This document shows, piece by piece, positions 13,222-26,261 of a DNA stretch of 64,000 nucleotides. How positions within the stretch are numbered: position 1 is the first letter of the stretch; the number at the start of each line of letters is the position of its first letter. The notes beneath the pieces were generated by a model. The model worked only from the letters and a program-made list of their open reading frames with translations, was not told where the DNA came from and searched no databases. Source of the DNA: Dicyema japonicum. Lineage: Eukaryota > Animalia > Dicyemida. A program made the position numbers and the translations under genes. The DNA lies in the NCBI GenBank assembly GCA_011109175.1, contig RDEW01000075.1, forward strand, positions 118,652-182,651, read 5' to 3'.

Positions 13222-13339
13222 TAACATTGATTTACTTTATTTTCTTGATGTGAATGACTTTATTATTGTATTTAACAAATTTCGTGAGATCCTAGAGGCA
13301 AGATGAACGCTGTTTGGACATATGCTTCATCTATACCTG

Positions 13340-13552
13340 AGGACTTTTGCGAATGTGGCCATGAGGATTGATTTGTTTTGGACGCTCCGAGTTTCCGTGG
13401 TCGACCGAGGGCAAGATCTCAAGAGCGTTGAAGACCTTGACAGGCTGCGGAACATGGCAGAGTTGTCAGAAATGGAAGAAGTCAACTAGTAGTTTGGTTT
13501 TTCGCGTTGCGAATGCTTTGTCACGACTTATGACATATCGAAAGTGCGTATA
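13340..13552 (+). mobile_element. RTE 3' fragment
   Basis: RW.LFGHMLH, FRGRPR and the RTE 3' stem region shared with 31140-31190. Confidence 0.75.
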
Positions 13553-14339
13553 ATTCTCTCAAATTTGCCACAAAAATCGCCGGAACCAAAAATGGCAGAT
13601 TTGAGAGTGTTTACTGTATCTAAACGAAGACAACCACTTGATGCAGTAGATTTATGTATGATTTATTAAAAATAGATATCATCATTGACTAGATCTCACC
13701 GTTTAGGTTCTCCATTTATGACTTTTTAATTGATATACCTTTACGGAAGCCGACAATTAAGAGTCTATTTGGCCCTGAATTCTCTGAAAAGTGATATTGG
13801 GTAGAGTAGTTTTCTTATGTGTCATCAAAATAAATGGTCTAAGGTTCTTCACTTTAGCTCTTAGTGTTGAGCAATGTTTCCGGTTCAAACTATTAGGCGA
13901 TCACAATCCTCGCGATCAGTTGTGCAATCATGTATCTATTATCCTCCGTCGTGCCCAGTGTAAATTGAAAGTGTCTTCTTTGAACTTGCAAAGGAGATTA
14001 GTCGAGTAACCGATTTTCTGAGTCAATGGATTTTCTTTCGCACGACAGCAGTTAGGCAAATTGAATGTCAACCTTCTTTCAAATACGGAGAAAACTGGAT
14101 CCACGTTTGCGGATCGAATTTTCCGTAAATTGATAGGTATTCTACTTTGGAACTCAGCGTATTGAGGGTCTTTTGATATATATAGAATTGATTTGTTTCG
14201 AGTTTTATTGATTGATGGCAGAAAGATCCAGAGAATGACATCAAGTGATGTAGATTGGATGCTCGGTTTAGTAATTTATTTACCACCGATCTCTTCAACT
14301 AAAGGATACCAGTGGCTAACATGAAATTAATTACCAAGA

Positions 14340-14965
14340 GAGGGCGTTCCAGAATTCCTACTGGGGTGCGAGATTTTAAAAATTTATAGTTAATTTTTTT
14401 TAAGATTCTTTTTCAAATCATAAATCTATTATTTTTTAATTAATGAGTTTATACCTAACTACTTTTTTTTGGTTGGAAATTAAATTTATAACTCTATTAA
14501 TCCGGAAAAATTTATTATTTGTTATGAAAAAGAGAAAGTGGAATGAAAATTATGTACGTTTTGGATTTACTTATAAGACAATCAATGATCTCCAAAGGTC
14601 CAAATGTTTATTATTTGAAGCTACATTCTCTAACGAAACCTTCCAAACTGGAGTAACACTTTCTAAATAAACATGGTGGAACTAATAGTAGCGGCAATGA
14701 TTTCGAATCTCTAAAAATCAAGAGAGCTCGATATGATCGCAAGTGACTCTTCCTAACTTAGGATTTGTATATCTTGATAAACCGATTTTGCTTGCCTCTT
14801 ATAAAGTGCCTATAATATTGCAAAGTCTAAAAAGCCACATACAGTCGGAGAAGATTTGATAAAACCATGTGCATTGAAAATGGTATCAATAATACACGGT
14901 ACAAAGGAAAGACAAAAAATTGAATCAGTGCCGCTATCCAACAATGTAATTCACATTCGAATATG
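14340..14965 (+). mobile_element. hAT (Buster/ZBED8-like) transposase fragment
   Basis: KKRKWNENYVRFGFT, KPHTVGEDLIKPCA and VPLSNNVI motifs. Confidence 0.8.
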
Positions 14966-15399
14966 TGAGTGGAGTTCAGTACTGAAAATGTACTCACGAT
15001 TATTTTTCAAACGGCTTTATATGAACTTAATCCATTTGCATAGAGATACTTATGTTAATCAGGATTCAGCTCTCTTTTGTCAATTAACAATAAATTCAGA
15101 AATCGCCTGAATCCAGAACATCACCCCACTGGTGAGATCTGATTGACGAGAATTGGCCTTAGCTGGAAAGTCCATCTTTCGGATTTGAGCCCACGGTATT
15201 CAAATCCGATGTTATCAGACGTTGCTCAAGCAAAAAGGCCAACAGTAGTTCTTGTGTTTTTTGAGGATCATTTGTAATTAATTATTTATATTTATTTTAA
15301 TTTTTTCTATCATTGATCATAAAATCTTAATAAAATGGTCTTTTTCATTGGTTCAAAATAATCAGTACCAGCTTTATTGATCGCATCACATTTTTAGTT

Positions 15400-16020
15400 T
15401 TATTTCTTGCCTGTTCTTTATTCAAAACATCAATAAACTTCCAAATAGTAGGATGACACGCTCTAATTAGAGAATTAAAAGAATGATACCATCCTTTGCA
15501 AAAGTTATTTGTTTTAGGCCCAGCAACTCTCCTCGCATCGAAACAATTTCACAATTCATTGGCAAAACGTTGACAAAGAAGTACTTGACGGCGGTAGGGA
15601 CATCCTATCCAAATATCTTCTACATAATTGAATACAAGTTGAGCTTTTTCTGGGAAACTTTTGTAATCGCACACATGTAATGTCGGGAAATGCGAGCGCT
15701 GCAATCATGCGCATTTTCAAACCGAATTCTGTCTCTCTCTGATATAATAGTTGTATTCCCTGTTATTGGATACATCTAAATATGGATTGGGAAAAATGAA
15801 AGAAACAGCCCTTCGAATAGCATCAGGAAATGTAATATTAAATTTACTTATAGCTGCTTTTTAGAAATCATTCATAATTGTCCTCGGTGATAACGATGGC
15901 TCCTATGATTTTAATTCCAAAAAAAACTTTTTTTTATAGCTTTCTTTCGTTCTTTTTCTTATTAAAATGTATATAAGTGGTAAAACATCATTATTTACTA
16001 GTCCATGAATCGTAAAGTAA
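15400..16020 (-). mobile_element. MULE transposase fragment related to 4880-5520
   Basis: Clear nucleotide similarity to the MULE at 4311-6787. Confidence 0.85.
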
Positions 16021-16099
16021 TTTACCGGTTACCAACTAACTTTCTTTTCTATTTTGGACTTTTACTGACTATTTCTTAGTCTTCCTGAGTTTGCATTGC

Positions 16100-16530
16100 A
16101 CATTCTTGATAAGTCATCTTTGAGAACTTCAGACAGTCATCCAGTTCAACCTATATAACTTTTAATGACTGAGTCTTAAGAGACAATGGGTGAGGTTCTA
16201 AAATAGATGTCTGAAAAGAACATCGTCAATATGGAGCCACAAAAGGATAGGATTGTTACGTATAAATGACCAGATTTCCGTAAATGTAAATGGACAACTA
16301 TTTCGCGGACACAGGAGCCGGATTCCGTGGAAGGCCAAAAACGACACTTCCGACTATTTGAATGAAGACCTATCGGTGGTTGGTATGAGACTAACTTCAG
16401 CGGACGACCTAGACCTAAGAGAACTAGCGCGCAACAGAAGATCATGGTCGAAGCTGATTCGGAATACGGCACAAGCGAAACTTAACTAATTTTATGCTTT
16501 CTCAAAAGTATTTTTAATAAAATAATAATA
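16100..16530 (+). mobile_element. RTE 3' fragment
   Basis: DYLNEDL...DDLDLRELARNRRSWSKL C-terminus. Confidence 0.6.
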
Positions 16531-16879
16531 AATACAAGACTGCAAATCGTCAAATTCATTTAACAGATCAATCGTTATATTTCAATATTACTCAAAAAAA
16601 GATTACCAATTTTGATAATTTTTACTAAACTATAACATTAACAACAAGTTTAAAGCTATTAATCAAATTATCTCAGAGAGCAATCATTATCAAGAAAGTC
16701 AACACAGGTCTCGTATCATCACTGATAACTTGATTAACAAAACATAACACAATAACACACCACAAAAATAAATATATAGAAAACGTGATTATTTAAAAAT
16801 ATTAAGATAAAATAATTTGATGAATAATAATTTAATTAGTTTTTGGTTCAATAAAAATAAAAATAAATAAATATCGTTT

Positions 16880-18780
16880 AACAGCTTACGAGTCTCTCCA
16901 TTTTGCGGAAGATCGAACCTTCCTGGAGGAAATCCTCAGCCCAAAGAAGAGAAAATCACTTTACTGCTCTTTGCTAAACATCAATGGATTTAAAGAGATG
17001 ATAATGGAACTCCCTCACTCCTGGCAAGTCAGAAGATTAACGTAGCTATGATTTAAGAGACCAAACTCACTTTTAATGACCATACCTCTACATACCCCAG
17101 CTATGAGGCTATCAGGATGGACCTTAAAGAGAGAAGAAGTGGAGGTCTGCTTCCTCTATTCAAAAAGGACATGTAATGCAGAGACTTCTCATCGGAAGTG
17201 TGAAATCTTGTTGGGGATGATTAAGTTACCGAATAATTGAAATCTCGCTCGGGACAACGAAAAAAGAATATGCCTTGTGAATATCTACGTTCTGCCTCCG
17301 GGATTCTATCCGAAGAGCTATGTTGTGAAAACCTATCAAGACTGGCTTCCCTCGCTGAGATCATCATCTCCAGAGATCAGAATGCGAAGCATTCCTTATG
17401 GGTGTCAATTTAACTAGCCGACATGAGAGAGAAACTATTGTTATCGAAAACGGAATCCGGCGATATTGAATGATCCATCGAAAAATAAAGACAACACTCA
17501 GAGAAACGGATCAGCCTACCTAGCAACCGACTTAACACTACTCTCATCACTTTCGTTGAAAATTACCTGGTTAGTCTTTTATGAAACAAGAAGTGATCAT
17601 AATCAGATTTTGGCTAAGATCAAAAGAGATCCCAAAGTGAAGAGAATTCATAGCAGCTACAATTACAAAGGTGTTGACTGGAGATTGCATCGCGCAATCT
17701 CGGACGACAGACTGAATAATAGTTACTTGGATCTTTTCAGTTTTCAGGATAAAGCGATTAGCTACTTTACCCACGTAATTTTAGAAGCAAGATCTATTCG
17801 AAAAGTTGCAAAGGGAGAGGAAATATCGCTTGAGGAGAAATACGTTCAAAGAGATGTGAACAAATATATAAAATTCTACACGAAAATTTCATTCTGGAGC
17901 ACAGGAAGTCACCTCTTTTATTACTCGTAAAACTGAAAAGGAGTATGATCAGCTCTAATTCTCGGAGAAGGATGTGAAGGAAATACTACATTCCGCAAAA
18001 AAACAACATACTCTCACAGACCAGACAATATTCAGGTTATTCTATTGAAAAATCTTGGAGACGCTTTCCTAATTTCGTGCTTTCCTAAGACGCTTTCCTA
18101 ATGATATTGTTTTGGCTTCATTAGATCGGGACATCCAGAACGCCACAGAATGAATACAAATTAACCTTAACGCTTCATATTAGAAATCAGCTCATGGTGA
18201 ATACAGAGAAGTCGACCATGTCTCTTTTTACCTCAGAAAAAAGATTGGGAAGGAAAGACAGTCACCTTGAAGTTAATCAAGGTCGAAGGATCTTGGGTGT
18301 GACACTTGATATGCATCTTTGTCTACCATATGTAGAAAATATTCTTGTAAAACGTGTAAAGAAACTGAACGTAGTAAAAAGTTTATCGGAAATATGGAAG
18401 ATTGGCACTCATCTGGTCCTGATGAACGTGTGCAGTATATAGAACCACGTTTCTCGTATGCATGCGCTTCTTGAAGACCGACCATATCTCGGACAAATAT
18501 GAAGAAAATCGAGGAAATGCAAAAGAGGATTTAAGAATAACGGAGATGTTGGATTTGTGAAGATCACCAAACTGGACCAACGCTTCTGGAGACCCTTATG
18601 AAACTAGACTCCAAAATGGAATGAGGCCTCGTAAATTAAGTTAGCCGTCCTGTACGATCATGCGCGGGCACGAGGGAGGAACAACGGACAAAGATGATGT
18701 CACATTTGGAAGCGTCGGGACCACGTGCTACTTAGTTTGGTTTTTGCGTGGTCTTGGATTGTTAAATAAATCAAGAAAAT
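16880..18780 (+). mobile_element. Degenerate Ingi/Vingi-like APE-RT LINE
   Basis: NING, ETKL, SGGL, NIYV, SDHN, YNYKGVDW and ILGVTLD fragments, collinear with 57053-59864. Confidence 0.65.
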
Positions 18781-19340
18781 AATTTTCTATATGCTTAAGT
18801 AAAACGTTTTATAAGCAGCTTGTCAGTGTTAGTACAATAAACGCGGGTTAGCCGCTTTATAACGGCTTATTTGGAGCCCCTGGGAACCCTCTTTGAACCT
18901 TTTGGACTAATTGGTTCATCGGTTTGCTTTGATCCACAGGACCGCCCGTTTTGGACCCCAGGCAAGTCTGGTTAAATGCCAATCTGGCTAAGAGGCAATC
19001 TGCGGAATGTCCAAGTGGAGCAGAAAAACAATAATGCCCTCTGACTCCCAATTACTTGTTGTTAATAAAGTTTTTCATTTATTGTTCAAGTGTTTTTAGG
19101 TGATACGTATCTGGATAGTTTTCTTGATTATCACCGATTTTATATATACACATGTTCTTTTGCTAATATTCAATGACTTTGAAATACTCACAAATTTAGT
19201 ATAATGTCGAGACAATTTCGGCTTTCGCATTATGTATCAACTCCAGCATTCTTTATCTTCTCGCAATCCACTTGCTGAAGATTTTGGTTAAAATGTTATT
19301 CCCACTACAACTAAAAGTATTTGATTGCTCCTAAAAAAAC

Positions 19341-21035
19341 ATGCAACGTGCGTTCGATTCGGTGGCGTTACCAGTTCATTGTGAAGGGGTCTGTTTCAGT
19401 ACAAATCACCTTCTTTTTATTGATGATCTGAAGATGTATGCTCGAACAGCCGAGGAGCTCTACTCCATGGGGGTCTGTGCCAGGGAATTCTTTGAGAGTA
19501 TAGGGCTAGATTTGAATTATTCAAAGTCTGCGACTAACACGCAAGTATGTAGCGAGTTAGTAAGAGTCATAGAGGAACACGAAGGATATAAGTATCTGGG
19601 TGTTACCGAATCTCCAAAGTCCCTTATAATGCCTGAGACAAAGCGACAAATTACTGAAGGCATCCGTAAAAGAGCAGCGTTATTGTGTAAGACGTCTCTA
19701 AATGCAAGGAATTTGTTCCTAGCATTAAATGAGTATGCTGTCTCGCTGCTAAACTACTACATAGGTGTTGTGGAGTTTGAGCCCAAAGAGTATGATGAGA
19801 TGGATGTTATGATCCGTGGAGTACTCAGAGAGAACCATGTCCATGTGCTGGCAGCCAATAAGGAGAGACTATATTTACCCCGTGATAAATTCAGCCGTGG
19901 ACTGTGTGGAGTAGTCCAACTAAGTGAGCGTATCCTAATGCGAATGCACGACACCCTGATAGCTGGGTCAAGTGTGTCTGCTAGGAAGCACGCCATAATA
20001 ACGACCGAGAAAACACGGGCAACCCACCTAGGCACTATCAGACCTTTTTTGTCTGCTAAGTATGGTGTTGATGATGGTGGGCTAGTAAATGTGAAGGCGT
20101 TGATCGAATTACAATATAATAATTTGATGGAAAAGATCAACTTAAAAAGCCTTCATAAGGTCCTCTTCAGAGCATTGGACAACCCACATGTCGACCTTAA
20201 GTCGTCGACAATATGGCTAAAATACGGTGACAACTCATCGATCGGAGGCGTTGTACACGTATATGCGAGACCGCAATATTTTTTAGGGTCGATCAACAAA
20301 TACATGTCCCCACTGTAAGTCAAGGAGCATGTCGGTTGATCATTTAGCCACTCGATGTGGATCCATGCTCTGCCACGACTATGTGTGGAGGCACAACGAG
20401 GTAGTAAGGAGTCTTCATCTTCTACTATGCAATAAGTATGGTATTCGCCACATCAGAAAGTTGCGGACTCATAAGGTGCAATCTGTAGTAGAGAACACCA
20501 GGGTCCAAATTAAGGTAGACAGTGTTATCCGTACCTCGGTGCTAGTCAAGCACAATAAACCGGACATTGTGGTACACGATAAAGAGTCTGGCCAAGTCCT
20601 TATCATAGAGGTTGGTATTACGTCTCAAGACCGTTTGCAGACTGTGGAGGTGGAGAAAAAAAGGAAGTATGACTTGCTTGCAAACGAGATGGGGCAGATG
20701 TTTGGTTGCAAGGTCCTCGTTATTCCTATAGTAATGACGTGGGAAGGAATTGCAACAAAGTACCACAAGAGTTATCTGAAGCAGTTGGGGTAGATAGGAA
20801 GCTCCAGGCCTATCTACAGTCCACTGTGTTAAAGCGGACCCTAGAGAGCCTGACACTGGAGTATAGGAGGCAAGCCCTGAGATGCCATATGGGAAGAGGG
20901 TTCAATTAGACAAGGCGCTCTCGGAGTTGTTTCAGCAACCAGAATCGAACCTGCCTGAGGAGGCTGGCGAACAGGCAGGCTAGGAAGGTTGTTGATTATT
21001 AAATATATTAACTTTTTTATTGTTTGTTAAATAAA
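19341..21035 (+). mobile_element. R4/Dong-like non-LTR retrotransposon (RT plus restriction-like endonuclease), 5' truncated, relatively intact
   Basis: NHLLFIDDLK, YKYLG, ERLYLPR, CPHC..HLATRC, RHNEVV, KPDI, IEVGIT and KKRKYD. The few frameshifts include ones in homopolymer runs. Confidence 0.9.
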
Positions 21036-21526
21036 GGGGGGTATTTTATTGCTCCTTTTATAATATTAACAAAATAATTATGCTCAATTATTTATCCGAA
21101 GATATTTTTACGATCACGTTATTAGTTAGTTAGGTGCTACCACAGACTTTGGAATTTTCATCCATTCATAATTTTTGTCAAACCCATTTAACAGATTACA
21201 GTACTTGCACTTAAGTTTTGATGGAAACTCATATTAATGCTAAAAATTGAGAAATTGGTTAGTTAAAAAAAAGTAACAACCAAAAGGTGACATTCTAATA
21301 GGTCATTAAGGTATGTCTGTTTTTTCTCCAGAAATCAGTCAGGTAGTAACAACCAAGGTGGCTCTCAAAGCAGGTATATCTGACGTGGTGCAGAAATCAA
21401 AAGCCGACTGGGACAAGAGAAGAAACCTTAACGATTGCGATAAATATATTTAATTTAACTAATTAGAATAAAATGTAATAAATAATTGTAAAATAATTTT
21501 ATTCAAAATAATAACTTAACCTTGTT

Positions 21527-22743
21527 ATGTCGAATTTTAACGCGGACGAAGAAGAGAAAAATCTAGAATTAGGTACATGATAAACATAATTTTATAAAGC
21601 CTTGAAGATTTCTCTGCAGGAATTCGAAGAAAAGTCAAAGCTAGCAGCCAACGAACCAGAAAATTCAGAAACGCGCCAAGTCATGGCACTTTTTGACTTT
21701 GAAGCTGTCGAAGAGAACGAACTTACAATCAGGACAGGTGACATAATAACTATCACAAATGACTTGTAAGCACTATATAACAAATAGCAACGAATATTGG
21801 TACGAAGGCTTTAACCGAAATGGAGAAGGTGGATTTTTTCCTTCGAATTTTGTGACTTTTGATTTTCATGATACAATGCCTGTTTCCAAATTAGTGACCG
21901 TTGAAATTGATCCTGTACTGTCAATTTTGTTTAGTTTAAGTCCCTGATGGATAAAATGATGGAATTGATTGAGAATTCTGATCCCACAAAGGAGCACAGC
22001 ACTTCCGAATTTTCAGACTGCAAGAAACGTACCCAGGTGATGGAACAGATGATAGAAGGCGAGATAACAGCCATTGATCAGTTATTTGCAAATTTAATTT
22101 CAGACAACTTTCATTTTTGAACGATCTATCCCAGAACTTCTATAATTTGAGCCTACAATACAGCGAGGCTTCCAAAAACGAGTATAGATACAATCCTAAC
22201 GAGTTTCTCTTTGTATAACTTTAGTGTCGCTTATTCAACTAAGTTTAGACCTCATACGCCCTATATTAAGCAAAGTGTTCCCAAATCTGTGAATATATAT
22301 CAAAATATGAGTGAGACTGCTAATGTGTATAAAAATACGTCTGAAAATACAAATATGTATCAAAATAAGCTTGAAGTTGGTAGTTTTCAGAGGAATGTGT
22401 CAGATGTCGATTTTCTTAACCAAACTCGGAATCCTCAAGCATTTCAAGGAGTCAATTTGAATCCTTATTACCCTTCGTTTAATTCCCAAACTGCATTGGA
22501 CCTACATGGAGTTTGAACCCACAAAATGCCCACGTATTTTCCACAGAACTCCCTCCACTTGATCCTTCTTTGTATGGACAAAATTTTGATTGTTATAAAC
22601 AATATAACATGGAATATGTGCCTCCTCGTAATATAAGTGATGTGGATATAGGAGGTAATCCTGTGTCCTCTGAGATCAATCAACCAAATATTTATCCAAG
22701 AGATGCTTCATATCATCAGAGGAGTGATTTCAATCAGAGATAG
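21527..22743 (+). CDS. STAM: STAM/Hse1 (ESCRT-0) homolog: UIM, SH3, GAT/coiled coil and Y/P/Q/N-rich tail; no VHS domain visible; 3' end ambiguous (22516 or 22743)
   Basis: Introns 21573-21599, 21766-21787, 21915-21940, 22081-22103 and 22203-22224. UIM EEEKNLELALKISLQE; SH3 VMALFDFEAVEENELT...WYEG...GFFPSNFV; GAT IDPSLMDKMMELIENSDP. Confidence 0.88.
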
Positions 22744-22899
22744 AATTTAGTTTATTTATTTAACAATTCTGGGATAGAATTTAGTTAATATATTAATTCA
22801 AATAATTTCTTATTAGTAATTGATTAATTTTTATTTTGTTAGTCTAGTTCAATGGTTAATTTTTTAATAAAAATTAAAGATTTTATTAAATCAAATAAA

Positions 22900-23115
22900 A
22901 AAGGACAAAACATCAGTTAGCTGCCGCCCTCACTGCGTGGCTGTTCCCTCTCAGAATTGCGAGCGAAATTCGCTCAAACAGCCAGCGGCGTTCGCGGAAA
23001 TCTCCAGTGCATGAGGTGATCCGGTTTCCAAGACGTCAGAAAAACTCTAGTGTAAAGGGGGAGTAGGATCCGGAAGTCTCCATAGCAAGCGGAACAAATT
23101 GGACATTATCATAAA
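22900..23115 (-). mobile_element. CRE 3' end fragment
   Basis: The reverse strand reads FVPLAMETSG...WLFERISLAILRGNS, then an A-rich tail. Confidence 0.75.
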
Positions 23116-23479
23116 TATTTTCATTAGGTTTTATAAATATTTATCACGTGCTTTACAAATTAATTCTACTTTTTATGTGTACTTTCTAAAAAATTATTTA
23201 CTGATATATTTTCTAATTGTATTTAATATTTTATAGATGTGTGATAAAAACGTAAAACGAATTATATTTTCTGTTGCGAGGGCTGAGAGTGATCGAGCGC
23301 TGAGCGTAATGACAGGTGCCAACATCTGCTATATTTATTGTAAATTAATCAATAATTAAGTTTGGGAATAATTTGTGCATTTTTATATAAAATCATTATT
23401 TTTACTAATAGAAATTAATCTTAGATAATAATAATTATTATCACTAATAACGTTGTTTTGATGCCTAATATTTTATAGA

Positions 23480-23665
23480 TGTGTTAGACAGAGGAAGATG
23501 GAAAAGACTAACTATAAATATTGGGAGACGACCTGGACGAATTGAGATCACTCGCATTCGACAGAAAAAGATGGAAAAGACTAACTATAAATATTGTTTC
23601 TTTAAGTGTTGCACATGCGGGGCTATAATCATTATGGCTTTCGTGAAAGTGCCTTAATATTAATG
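23480..23665 (+). mobile_element. RTE 3' end; near-identical copy at 31516-31662
   Basis: GDDLDELRSLAFDRKRWKRL, followed by the tail ctataatcattatggctttcgtgaa. Confidence 0.8.
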
Positions 23666-24211
23666 CCTAATAAAGTTACCATAAAAACTACTGAAGAGTA
23701 CAGCATTAAAAATGTATGCTGGAGAGACAAGACCTGAATGTATCAGCAGCTTGGAAGTATAGAAAAGCTTTTATTTAATTTTAATTAAAATTTTAGGAGG
23801 AATAAGCAGGAATTTAATATTATCGTCGTATGCTCCATGTTCCAGAATTCCCGGAATTTGCTTCCATACCTAATATGAAGTGTTGAAAAATAATATTTAT
23901 TACATGTTATTTTTAGACGAGTTGCCTCTGACCGATTCCAAAAAGTATCGTGGTATTCCTCGATTCAACACTGTTGTGGAATCATGTTCACGATAATCCA
24001 GAAATTTTTAATATAGAAGATTTGGAAGTTGTAGAAAATCTAGACACTTATACAAAAGGTTTTTTATTGTTATTTATTTGTAAAGATTATGGATTCCAGT
24101 TTAACTTTGAGATGGTAAATTTGCAGTCTTCGTATTACAAAAGAATGAATAGGAAGATGGTAGTAGTTAATTCACAACGACAAAAAATCAAAATCAGTGA
24201 AAATAATAGTT

Positions 24212-26180
24212 AATGGAGCTCCTTTTCAGTGCACATTTATTGGCCTTCAAAAAACCTGAAGGTGGGGTCCGCCCCATCGCAGTCGGCAACTATTTCAGAA
24301 GATTGACAGCGAAAATCGCATGCAGCATTGTCTGTCCGAGAAAATCTGAAGAATTTTCCCCCTCCAACTGGGGGTTGGTGTAAGGAACGGATGCGAGGCG
24401 GCAGTGCATGCTGCGAGGTGTTTTTTGACAGAAAGACGAACAAAACTCACACATTGGGGTCAAGCTGGACATCTGCAATGCCTCAATTCATTGAGGAGGG
24501 ATCAAATTTTCGAAACTACAAGCAAACGAGCCCCGGAACTTATTCCACTTGTCTTCCTCGCTTACGGAACCAATTCTTCACTGGTTTTCGGGGACAAGAT
24601 TATCTGTTCGGAGACCGGAGTTCAACAAGGGGACCCACTTGGTCCACTACTCTTCGCTCTGGCCATCGATGAAATTGTCCGCTCTATAAACACACAACTA
24701 AACCTTTGGTATCTCGATGACGCCACAATTGGAAGGTCGTGGAGAAAAGTACACGACGTTCTGTCACATGCCGTGCCGGCACTACGAAACCTCGGACTTG
24801 AGATAAACATAAAGAAATCGGAGCTAATAAATATCACATACTCGGAGAGTGATTTCATCAACGTGGTCGAGTCTTTCAACTCGGTACTACCTGGAATTAC
24901 TGTCGTACCCAGGGAGCGGACATACTTTCTTGGGTGCCCACTTGACGAAAAGGAACTGCGGAGCCATCTACAAACAAAAGAGGATGAACTCTCCAGAGTC
25001 ACAGAGAAACTCTCCTTACTCGATGGTCATACAGCGTTCTTCCTTTTTGAAGAATAGCATCGGCTTGCTCAAACTCCTATATGCTCTCCGATGTTTCCCT
25101 GCTTCAAACATCGTGACATCCTCCTGTCACTGGATAGGACATTGAGAAAATCAGCTGAATTGCTTCTAAACATCCACTTTGATGCGCCGAGTTGGAACCA
25201 ATGCAAGCTTGCCACACGCCTCGGAGGAACGGGTCTCAGGTCGGCGCTGGAGATCGCCTATCCAGCATGTGTCATCGCTCTCAAGTGGAAGCCTAATGGT
25301 CCAAGAAATCCTACGTATTACAACCGGACTCTCTTGGGAAAAATTCTTCGACCAAGCTCGTTGCGAATGGTGTGAAACTGGTTTGATATGCGAACGATCC
25401 TTCAGGCAACGTGGGGATGATATTTACTCCAAGAATATCTTCGACGTGCTAAAGTCTGAGGCCAACCAGCATCGTCTTGCATGCCTCGTGTCCGCCGCCA
25501 ACCATGGGAGCGGAGCGTGGCTGGATGCACTCCCGTGTTCCTCCCTGGGGACCCTATTGGACGATGACTGTATTCGGATTGGAATCGCACAACGCCTGGG
25601 AGCTGAGTTTTGCGTCGAACACCAATGTCGCTGTGGAGGGATCGTCGATGCCAAAAGGCTGCACCCGCTCTCGTGCAAAAGGAGCGCGGGCAGAGCACCT
25701 CTTGCGAGCTCTTGAAGCGGCAGGCTTCCCGACAGTACTGGAACCTGTGGGATTGGACCGCGGAGATGGGAAAAGACCGGATGGGTTAACTATCTTTCCG
25801 TTCACTGAGGGAAAATCGCTCGTATGGTACTGCACTGTTGTGGATTCTTTCTCGAACTCGATGATGCTCAGCTCGGCGCAGTCTGCTGGATCGGCAGCCG
25901 ATCTGGCCGAGAAAATCAAGATTAAAAAATATGGCGAAATTGGAGACCGCTACCGTTTTGTACCGGTAGCAATCGAGACGTCTGGTGCGGCTGGAAGTAT
26001 TACAGCCTCTTCCTAAAGGAAATCGGGGGAAAATTGGCCCACCGCAAGAAAGACGTGCGGGAAGCGGTCTGGCTGAGGCAAAGAATTGGTATCGCAGTTG
26101 TTCGCGGAAACGCTTACTCCGTGATGTCAGCAGCCGCTCTCCCCCATAGTTAATAAATAATATTTTATTGTTAAAAAAAA
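24212..26180 (+). mobile_element. CRE-clade retrotransposon, 5' truncated
   Basis: GGVRPIAVG, GVQQGDPLGPLLF, WYLDD, SGAWLDALP, KRPDG, FVPVAIETSG and RGNA, then poly-A. Confidence 0.92.
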
Positions 26181-26261
26181 ATTAGTACTTTTGTAAAATT
26201 GTTAACTTTGATATAATAGATTATTTTTGACATTGATGGATCACTCTCAGCGCTCGCGACA

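Larger units (their letters stand above)
23272..26261 (+). mobile_element. Ginger-like DNA transposon, internally deleted, with nested RTE and CRE insertions
   Basis: TIRs tgttgcgagggctgagagtgatc (23272) and gatcactctcagcgctcgcgaca (26261) give TGT...ACA ends. The peptide YYKRMNRKM matches the Ginger copies at ~35940 and ~47060. Confidence 0.75.

Noticed and set aside
16895-16945. Fourth 2A peptide before the APE at ~16970
   Set aside because: Only a frameshifted resemblance; no DxExNPGP in any frame.
18640-18740. HDV-like ribozyme on the minus strand (CCCTCGT ... GGCTAA)
   Set aside because: No P3 or P2 pairing is possible; better explained as the 3' region of the plus-strand LINE.
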